Source of the DNA: Collinsella sp.
GTDB taxonomy: Bacteria; Actinomycetota; Coriobacteriia; Coriobacteriales; Coriobacteriaceae
Assembly (NCBI GenBank): GCA_019419445.1
Contig: DXZX01000005.1
Location: 10,196-74,195 of the forward strand
Length of the DNA stretch: 64,000 nucleotides
Direction of reading: 5' to 3'
Each line of letters opens with the position of its first letter. Position 1 is the stretch's first letter. The notes under the pieces are model-generated. The model made no database searches. It was not told the DNA's origin and saw only the letters and a list, made by a program, of their open reading frames with translations. This document shows positions 57,175 to 64,000 of this stretch, piece by piece. The position numbers and the translations under genes are program-made.

Positions 57175-57801
57175 CTAACGAATGAAGTTGGTCCTGGCGC
57201 GATCGGCTTCGGGGGCTTCGATGCCGGCGACCTGTCCTGCCTCGATGCAACGCAGGAGCCAGGCCATGTTTTTGCCGATATTTCGCATGGTGGCCAGACC
57301 CTCGGCATCTCCATCGGCCTCGCCCGGCATGGCGCCAAAGACGTTGTTCCAATAGGTGGAGGCGACCACGGGCATCTGGTTGATGGTGAAGTATTTATTG
57401 AGTACATCGAAGGTGGTCGACGTGCCGCCGCGACGGGCGACGGCGACCGCGGCACCCGGCTTGTGCGCAAAGGCCTTGCTGCCAGCATAGAAGGCGCGGT
57501 CGAGGGCCGAAAGGATGCGTCCGCTGGGGTGCGCATAGTAGACGGGTGAGCCAAAGACAAAGCCATCTGCCTGCTCGGCGGCAACGATCAGCTCGTTCAC
57601 CACGTCGTCGTCAAAGGTGCAGCGGCAATCGAGCTTGCCGCACTGGCCACAGCCAATGCAGTCGCGAATGGGCTTGGCGCCCAGCTGGAACACCTCGGTA
57701 TCGATGCCCTCGGCATGCAATTGCTCGGCGACCTCGGCGAGCGCGCGGGCGGTGTTGCCGTTTGCCTTGGGGCTGCCATTGACCAAAAGAACCTTCATCA
57801 C
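57175..57801 (-). CDS. Flavodoxin-family iron-sulfur flavoprotein
   Basis: NGSP, CIGCGQC...C, GSPVYY, RRGG. Confidence 0.9.
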   Translation of the reverse strand: MMKVLLVNGSPKANGNTARALAEVAEQLHAEGIDTEVFQLGAKPIRDCIGCGQCGKLDCRCTFDDDVVNELIVAAEQADGFVFGSPVYYAHPSGRILSALDRAFYAGSKAFAHKPGAAVAVARRGGTSTTFDVLNKYFTINQMPVVASTYWNNVFGAMPGEADGDAEGLATMRNIGKNMAWLLRCIEAGQVAGIEAPEADRARTNFIR

Positions 57802-57909
57802 AAGCTCCCTCTGCTGTTGGTGACTTCTGCGGAGGATTATCGCACGAGAGAGCAGATGGCGTGGAGCGCGATGCGAAACGGCTTGTGTTTCACATCGCGC
57901 CCCACGACG

Positions 57910-59439
57910 CTAGTCCAGTTTGGTGCCCGGTACCTGCGGTGCTTCTTCAAGTAGCGCTTTGAGCTCATTCAGAATGGAAACGGGCTGTCGGTCGACGGCG
58001 TCCAGATGGAGCGTGGCCACACGAAGGGGCGGCTGATATTCAAATGAGCCAAAGAGCACGGGCGATCCCAGGAACCGCTCGATTTCGTCTGCGATCGCGT
58101 CGATCTCTTCGGGATCGAATTCGTCGAAAAGCGCCACGAACATCGGTCCCGTCGAACGGAACAGACGACCCTTGCCGCGCGAACAATCCATGAGGCAGGC
58201 GGCGCTTTCCGCCAAAACGCGGTCGCCCGCATCAAAGCCAAAGCGGGCATTGACTCGAGCGATCTCGTCGATTTTAATGGCGACCAAGCTCGCCTTGCGC
58301 GCCACGCGACGCATTTCGCCAATGGCGTTGACCAGGGCGTGGATATCGCCTAGGCCGGTCACGGAATCAGTCGTATCTGCCAGGCTGCGGTTGATAATCA
58401 TGCCCACGTACATGTTGGGCTCGGTATCGGTGCCGTCCAAACGGTAGCCCGTGCAGTCGCAAAGCACGTACGCTCCGGTAGCATCCATCACGCGATACTG
58501 CATGTAATGGAAGTGCCACGCGCCGTTTACCACCATATCGAGCTCGCTGCGCACGTTGTCGCGGTCTTCGGGGTGAACGCGGGCAAGCCACATATCGAGT
58601 GAGTTGTAGGGATGCTGGGAGGGTAGGTCGAAATCGCGCACGGCATTAATCGACCATTGCGATTCGCCGGTATCGAGGTTAAGGATAAACGGATAGCGTG
58701 TCTCGGAGCTCATGGAGATCGCCTGGAACACGCGGTCGTTGCAAGGAAGTTGATCGGCAATCGGCCGCATCGGCGCGTTGTCTTCTTTCGGTTGCTGCAC
58801 GCGGTGCATGAGCTTGTAGCGATACATTTTGCGATCGGCATCCATCGTCATCTGGCGACGCGTATCGCCTGCAAGCGGGTCGACGTGCGAGCAACCAAAA
58901 CTAAAACTGGCGATCATGGGCGCCTTGCCGTCCGATGTTGCCTCGACAAGATCGGTGCGTGTCCGCTCCAAGCGCTGCTCGAGCTCGGCTTCGCCTGTCG
59001 TGGGGGACACGAGTACAAATTCATCTCCACCGATACGGAACAGCATTTCATCGTGCTCCATGGTCTCGGTGAGCGCACGACAGATGCCCAGAATATAGCG
59101 GTTGCCCTCGGCGTGGCCAAACTTATCGTTGCAGTGCTTAAGGTGATCGATGTCAATATAGGCACAGGTAAAGGGAGTGCCTTTGCGCCAGAGCTGATTG
59201 ACATGGCGGTCGAGTCCACCGCGGTTGCCAAGATTGGTGAGCGAATCGATATAGGCGCTACGTTCGAGCAGCTGGCGTTCTTGTTGCAAGACGGCGAGCG
59301 TTTTCTGCAGTTGCTCGCCGACGGCGCGCAACTCCGTGGGCAGTGCGTCAACGTCGAGCTCGGCGGTTGAGGCCCCGTTCGCAAGCCGCTGAAGATGGGC
59401 AATGATTGACTGCTCGCCCATGCGATACGACTCGTTCAT
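57910..59439 (-). CDS. Diguanylate cyclase: GGDEF-PAS-degenerate GGDEF
   Basis: DSLTNLGNR, NDKFGHAEGN, RIGGDEF, VHPEDR; second domain has RSTGPMF; GGAGG RBS. Confidence 0.88.
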   Translation of the reverse strand: MNESYRMGEQSIIAHLQRLANGASTAELDVDALPTELRAVGEQLQKTLAVLQQERQLLERSAYIDSLTNLGNRGGLDRHVNQLWRKGTPFTCAYIDIDHLKHCNDKFGHAEGNRYILGICRALTETMEHDEMLFRIGGDEFVLVSPTTGEAELEQRLERTRTDLVEATSDGKAPMIASFSFGCSHVDPLAGDTRRQMTMDADRKMYRYKLMHRVQQPKEDNAPMRPIADQLPCNDRVFQAISMSSETRYPFILNLDTGESQWSINAVRDFDLPSQHPYNSLDMWLARVHPEDRDNVRSELDMVVNGAWHFHYMQYRVMDATGAYVLCDCTGYRLDGTDTEPNMYVGMIINRSLADTTDSVTGLGDIHALVNAIGEMRRVARKASLVAIKIDEIARVNARFGFDAGDRVLAESAACLMDCSRGKGRLFRSTGPMFVALFDEFDPEEIDAIADEIERFLGSPVLFGSFEYQPPLRVATLHLDAVDRQPVSILNELKALLEEAPQVPGTKLD

Positions 59440-59476
59440 GATGGATAACCTCCTTGGGTGACAGGATGCTCCGTAT

Positions 59477-59509
59477 CATATCCCCAATTCGGTTTGAATT
59501 GGGGATATG
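59477..59509. other. Perfect 14-bp-arm palindrome between the two GGDEF genes (terminator or operator)
   Basis: CATATCCCCAATTC GGTTT GAATTGGGGATATG. Confidence 0.6.
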
Positions 59510-59566
59510 CGTTAGCCAATGGGGACAAATGCTCCCCTAGACGGTGGTGTTTTGCGCGCGAGCGTA

Positions 59567-62284
59567 TCAGTTGTTATTGCCACCATCGAACAATGCCTCA
59601 AAATCCTTCGCCGGCATGGGGCGGTAGTAGAGGAAGCCCTGAGCGTAGCGGGCGCCCATCTGTCGTAGCATGTTCGCCTGCTCATTTGTCTCGACGCCTT
59701 CGACTACGACGGGCAGATGGAGCGACTGCGCCATCTCGAGCATCGATGACACGATCTGCGCGCTGCGGCCTTGATCGCGGTCGGTGGGCACAAAGGTGCG
59801 GTCGAGCTTGATGACGTCGACGTTGACGTTCTTGAGCATCGCGAGCGTGGACTGGCCGGTGCCAAAATCGTCCATATAGGTCGAGAAGCCGCGGATGTGC
59901 AGGTCGGCTGTCAGTTTGTCCACGGCCTCGGACTCCCCCGTATAAGCCGTCTCGGTGATCTCGATACGCATGAGCTCGGGCGGTAGGTTGTATTGGGCGG
60001 CGAGCGCCCCCATATGTTCGGCAACGTCGCAGGCAAGGATATCCACGCGCGACACATTAAGCGAGACCGGAACCACGCGAAGTCCTCGATCGATGCGCTC
60101 GCGCAGCCACGAGGCGACGCCCTGCCAAATGTACTTGTCGAGCGTCACCACAAAGCCGCTTTCCTCGAGTGCGGGGATAAACGTTGCGGGCGAAATGAGA
60201 GAGCCGTCCTTGTCAATCCAGCGCGTAAGTGCCTCGGCGCCAATGATCTCGCCGGTTTCCATATCGACCTGGGGCTGCAGGTAGTACGTGATGCGGCCAT
60301 TTGAGAGCGCGTACTGGAACTCGGTCAGCGTGCGGTGGAACGCAATCTCGTGTTCATATTCTTCGGGGCGGAAAATAGCAATGCGCTCCTTGAAGTCGTT
60401 TTTGGCGCGTCGATTGGTAAACATGGCCTTTGCCTGCGCATCGATGGTGATCTCCTCATTGGAGTCGATGGGGTAAATGCCCATGGACGGCCAAAAACCT
60501 ACGCCGTCATCATGCCTGGCTACTGCCTCGCGAACGCGGTTGTAGATTTGATGGACGGTGATGTGCTTAAAGGGGATGAGTACGCAAAAGTCATCTTGGC
60601 CCCAGTACCCTGCGACGCCCATATCGGCATTCTCGATGTCCTTGAGGACCGTGCCCACATCGGCGAGTACGCGGTCGCCCTCGGCCTGGCCGTGCCATTC
60701 ATTAAACAGGCGCATGTGACCCATGTCGACGGTGGCGATGCACCAGGTGTCGTCGCGCCTTGCCTCGAGAAATGCGTTGGCGCGCCGCATAAACTCGCTG
60801 GGTCGATAGAGGCCCGTGAGCGAGTCGATACGTTCGGCGATGGCGCTTTTGCGCTCCGCCTCGGGTATGGGGAGGCTGTCGTTGGGAACAAGCCCGCCGG
60901 CCGTGCGAAGGCGACGGTCGAGTTCGCCTAAAACGGCGGTCGCTTGATGGGTTAACTGCTCGTAAAAGGCCGGGACGACAAGGCAGACGGGAGTAATGGT
61001 GTCGCCCGCGATTTGAACAGGAGCGAAAACAGCCTCTTTAAGGTGGCGGGTCAGTTGCTCGAATGCCTCATGGTCCAAATCGTTGCTGAGCACGACGAAC
61101 TGGACGCTTCGTGAACGGAAGACCCGGCTTCTGCCGCGGGTGATCGACAGCATGCGGCCTGCGTATTCGGCAAGCATGTTGTCGACAGCCTCGGCCCCGT
61201 AGAGCTCGTTGAGATTCGCCGTGCCACGAATGCGCACCGCTATAAGCCCCGTCTCGCAGCAGTCGCGACGGCAGGCATCGATAGCGTTGACCAGCATGCG
61301 CTGCGTTCCGAGGCCTGTGGCGGCGTCGACGGTTTCGGCAAGCGAGTGGTTGACGAGTTCGCCGACATAGAGCGAGGGGACATTTCCGTCGCCGTCGATG
61401 CGAAACCCGCGAGCACGGCAGAGAACGTAGTCACCCGCGGCATTGCGCATGCGGTACTGCATGACGCGGCGGTGTTTGGAGCCGTTAAAGATCTGGTTGA
61501 TGTCGTTGGCGTAGGCCTCGAGGTCATCGGGATGGACGCGCGTCTTCCAGAAATCGCGGCAGCTGTCTATGTGCTCCGAAGGAAGACCGAGATCGCGCAA
61601 GGCACCTTGCGACCAAAGGGTGCGGTCCTTGTCCAAGTTCTCGATAAAGAAATAACGGCCCTCGTTGAGCATCGAAAAAGCGTCGAAAATACGATCGCTT
61701 ATTTCGAAGTCGTCGGCGTGGACTTGCGTAATATTGCGCCGATCGAGGTGCATGGCATGACGTAGCTTGTAGTCGTACATGCGATGGTCGGCATCGAGTG
61801 TCATGCGATTGGAGGCTTCGCCCAGGGCGGGGTCGGCGTGTGCCACTCCGTAGCTAAACGAGTGGGGCATCTCGGAATCGTTGTTTTTGAGCAGGATCGT
61901 TCGGCAGTGTTCCAGACGTTCGGCGAGGTCGTCCTCGGTCGCAATCGTAGATAGGATGGCAAACTCGTCGCCGCCTATGCGAAACGCCGCCTCGTCCACT
62001 TTCATATACAGTTTGAGATAGAGGCTTACCTGCAAGATATAGCGGTTGCCCTCGTCATGCCCAAAGACGTCGTTGCAGTGCTTGAGATTGTCGATATCGA
62101 TGAACGCCATGGTAACGGGGGTGTCCTGCTCCCAGAGCTCCTCGAGGGAACGGGCAAAGCCGCCACGGTTGCCAAGCCCGGTAAGCTGGTCGGTAAAGGC
62201 GGTCCTGATCAGATCCTCCTGACGCTCGAGAAGGTCACGGACGGTCTTTTCGAGCGTTTCGGTGTAATTGCTGACAGTATCCAT
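59567..62284 (-). CDS. GGDEF-PAS-GGDEF*-GGDEF*-EAL c-di-GMP enzyme
   Basis: RIGGDEF; degenerate RSRSVQF and YWGQDDF; EALTRW, EITE, DDFGTGQS, IKLD, EGVE, QG. Confidence 0.9.
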   Translation of the reverse strand: MDTVSNYTETLEKTVRDLLERQEDLIRTAFTDQLTGLGNRGGFARSLEELWEQDTPVTMAFIDIDNLKHCNDVFGHDEGNRYILQVSLYLKLYMKVDEAAFRIGGDEFAILSTIATEDDLAERLEHCRTILLKNNDSEMPHSFSYGVAHADPALGEASNRMTLDADHRMYDYKLRHAMHLDRRNITQVHADDFEISDRIFDAFSMLNEGRYFFIENLDKDRTLWSQGALRDLGLPSEHIDSCRDFWKTRVHPDDLEAYANDINQIFNGSKHRRVMQYRMRNAAGDYVLCRARGFRIDGDGNVPSLYVGELVNHSLAETVDAATGLGTQRMLVNAIDACRRDCCETGLIAVRIRGTANLNELYGAEAVDNMLAEYAGRMLSITRGRSRVFRSRSVQFVVLSNDLDHEAFEQLTRHLKEAVFAPVQIAGDTITPVCLVVPAFYEQLTHQATAVLGELDRRLRTAGGLVPNDSLPIPEAERKSAIAERIDSLTGLYRPSEFMRRANAFLEARRDDTWCIATVDMGHMRLFNEWHGQAEGDRVLADVGTVLKDIENADMGVAGYWGQDDFCVLIPFKHITVHQIYNRVREAVARHDDGVGFWPSMGIYPIDSNEEITIDAQAKAMFTNRRAKNDFKERIAIFRPEEYEHEIAFHRTLTEFQYALSNGRITYYLQPQVDMETGEIIGAEALTRWIDKDGSLISPATFIPALEESGFVVTLDKYIWQGVASWLRERIDRGLRVVPVSLNVSRVDILACDVAEHMGALAAQYNLPPELMRIEITETAYTGESEAVDKLTADLHIRGFSTYMDDFGTGQSTLAMLKNVNVDVIKLDRTFVPTDRDQGRSAQIVSSMLEMAQSLHLPVVVEGVETNEQANMLRQMGARYAQGFLYYRPMPAKDFEALFDGGNNN

Positions 62285-62608
62285 GTTCTAAGCGGCTTTC
62301 TGAAGTCGGAGCGGATTGCGTCGGGCGAGCCCGTTGTGTACATGCATCGTTGCTCAGCGTTTTGCGTGTATCCAGGCCCCCGCCTTGCTGCGTTGTTGGG
62401 TTACTTTGCCGGCTAATGTTCGCTGTTGATAACTGCTGAGTAGTATAAACAACAGTGCAAAATTATATAGGGGTGCACATGCTGTGGGTGGCTATTATTC
62501 GACAAACGGCAGCGCGATGATGCGATGTTCGATAAAAATGCGACTGGGGCGGTATATGTTGATGGGTATACTTGTTCCGTTTAAATTTGCGGGGACGGAG
62601 ATGGTCGC

Positions 62609-63478
62609 ATGGCACAGCCAACTATGACGCGCACGGTGGGGCTGGCACTCGAGGGAGGCGGCTACCGCGGTATGTATACGGCGGGCGTGCTCGACGTTTG
62701 GATGGAGCACGGTTTGACCTGCGACCATATGGTGGGTGTCTCGGCGGGCGCGGCGTTTGGCTACAATTTTAAATCGCGCCAGATCGGCCGTGCCATTCGC
62801 TATAACAAGGCTTATTGTGCCGATAAGCGCTATGCGGGTGTAGCAAGCTGGCTGCGGACCGGCGATATGTTCAATGCCGATTTTGCCTATCACGAGGTGC
62901 CTATCGAGCGCGATCCCATTGACTTGGAGGCGTATCGCGCCTGCCCCATGCGATTTACGTGCGTGTGTACCGATATCGAGACGGGCAAGGCCGTCTACCA
63001 TGACCTGCCCTATGGCGACGAGCGGGATATCGAGTGGATCCGGGCATCGTCGGCGATTCCCGTGGCGACGCGTCCCGTTGCTATTGACGGGCATAAGTAT
63101 CTGGATGGTGGCGTGGCTGATTCTATTCCCAGTGCATGGCTGTTTGCGCAGGGGTATGACCGCAATATCGTGGTACTCACGCAGCCAGCGGGCTTTGTGA
63201 AGCAGCCCAACAGCGTGATGCCCATGCTGCGACGCGTGTTCCGTCACTATCCGGAGTTTGTCGCAGCGCTTGAGCATCGGCATGAGGTCTACAATACCAC
63301 GCTCGATGACCTGGCACGTCGCGAGGCTGCCGGCGAGATCTTTGTGGTGCGGCCGAGCGAATCGGTGAAGGTGCCGTCGCTGTGTCGCGAGCCCGATGAA
63401 CTTGAACGCATCTACCAGATTGGTCGCCGCGATGCGGAGGCGACCTTGCCGGCACTGGAGGCATATCTGGCAGGGTAG
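62609..63478 (+). CDS. Patatin-family phospholipase
   Basis: EGGGYRG, GVSAG, ASSAIP, DGG. Confidence 0.9.
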   Translation: MAQPTMTRTVGLALEGGGYRGMYTAGVLDVWMEHGLTCDHMVGVSAGAAFGYNFKSRQIGRAIRYNKAYCADKRYAGVASWLRTGDMFNADFAYHEVPIERDPIDLEAYRACPMRFTCVCTDIETGKAVYHDLPYGDERDIEWIRASSAIPVATRPVAIDGHKYLDGGVADSIPSAWLFAQGYDRNIVVLTQPAGFVKQPNSVMPMLRRVFRHYPEFVAALEHRHEVYNTTLDDLARREAAGEIFVVRPSESVKVPSLCREPDELERIYQIGRRDAEATLPALEAYLAG

Positions 63479-63590
63479 AGGCCGCTGCCGCCATCTCGGC
63501 GGAAAGCGCATCCCGGAATGGAGGTCCAAACTGGGATGTGCTTTCCATTGCTGAAGATGTGAGGCTGCGGATCAGTTGCTCGGCTTATGC

Positions 63591-64000
63591 CTATGCCTGC
63601 TGCCAAGTGTCGACGAGCTCCTTGGCCGCGGCGTAGGGGTCATCGGCGCTGCAGACGGCACTCACCACAAAGAAGCCGTCGACGCCGGTGGCCTTGAGCT
63701 GCGGCAGGTCGGCCGTCTTGACGCCGCCGCCCACCACGATGGGCACGGGGCTTGCCGCGTGGAGTGCGGCCAGGTCCTCAAAGCTCTTGGTGATGATAGA
63801 GCCGTCGGCCGCGCGTCCGCAGTCGCGCTTGGTCTCGGTCTCGTGGAGCGGGCCGATGCCCAGGTAGTCGACCAGGCTCATGTCGGCGGTCTTGACGTAC
63901 TCGAGCATCTCCTCGCAACGGGCCGAAAGGCCCACAATGGCATCGGGGCCCAGCAGCTTGCGGCAGACCTCGACGGGAATGTCGCTCTGGCCTACGTGCA
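63591..64000 (-). CDS. thiE: Thiamine-phosphate synthase (5'-truncated by the window edge)
   Basis: Frame open to the window end: HVGQSD...LLGPDAIVGLS, DYLGIGP...TETK, GGV, VVSAVC. Confidence 0.88.
   Translation of the reverse strand, partial: HVGQSDIPVEVCRKLLGPDAIVGLSARCEEMLEYVKTADMSLVDYLGIGPLHETETKRDCGRAADGSIITKSFEDLAALHAASPVPIVVGGGVKTADLPQLKATGVDGFFVVSAVCSADDPYAAAKELVDTWQQA

Noticed and set aside
62285..62608. c-di-GMP riboswitch upstream of the GGDEF/EAL gene
   Set aside because: GGCAAA and CGCAAA words are present on the minus strand, but I could not build the GEMM two-hairpin structure with tetraloop and receptor.

Overview
High-GC chromosomal window that reads like a gut Coriobacteriia genome (Collinsella-like; inferred from gene content, not from a database search). 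It holds about 50 mostly housekeeping or accessory genes: a type IIA topoisomerase B/A pair without a GyrA box, three solitary AAA+ ATPases, a ~1455-aa Tat-signal plus LAXTG surface protein with a LuxR regulator, a two-component system beside a CD1871A/4Fe-4S/TlpA redox operon, ABC transporters, RNA-modification and translation genes (dus, trmO, prfC, rlmA-like, rsmJ-like, trmL, an EF-G/TetM-like GTPase), two orphan hybrid kinases, ung, a UvrA-like protein, tandem GGDEF/EAL paralogs, a patatin and a partial thiE. I found no transposase, integrase, tRNA, rRNA or CRISPR array. The most notable unannotated signals are: (1) about 13 short palindromic units at 10 loci, with different arms but a shared central GGGAC core, sitting at gene borders and sometimes supplying stop codons; (2) a preQ1-I-like riboswitch ahead of a VUT/YhhQ transporter plus SDR operon; (3) a candidate ~200-nt sRNA with its own promoter and terminator; (4) tandem operator-like arrays upstream of two solitary ATPases; (5) two small genes missed by the ORF track.
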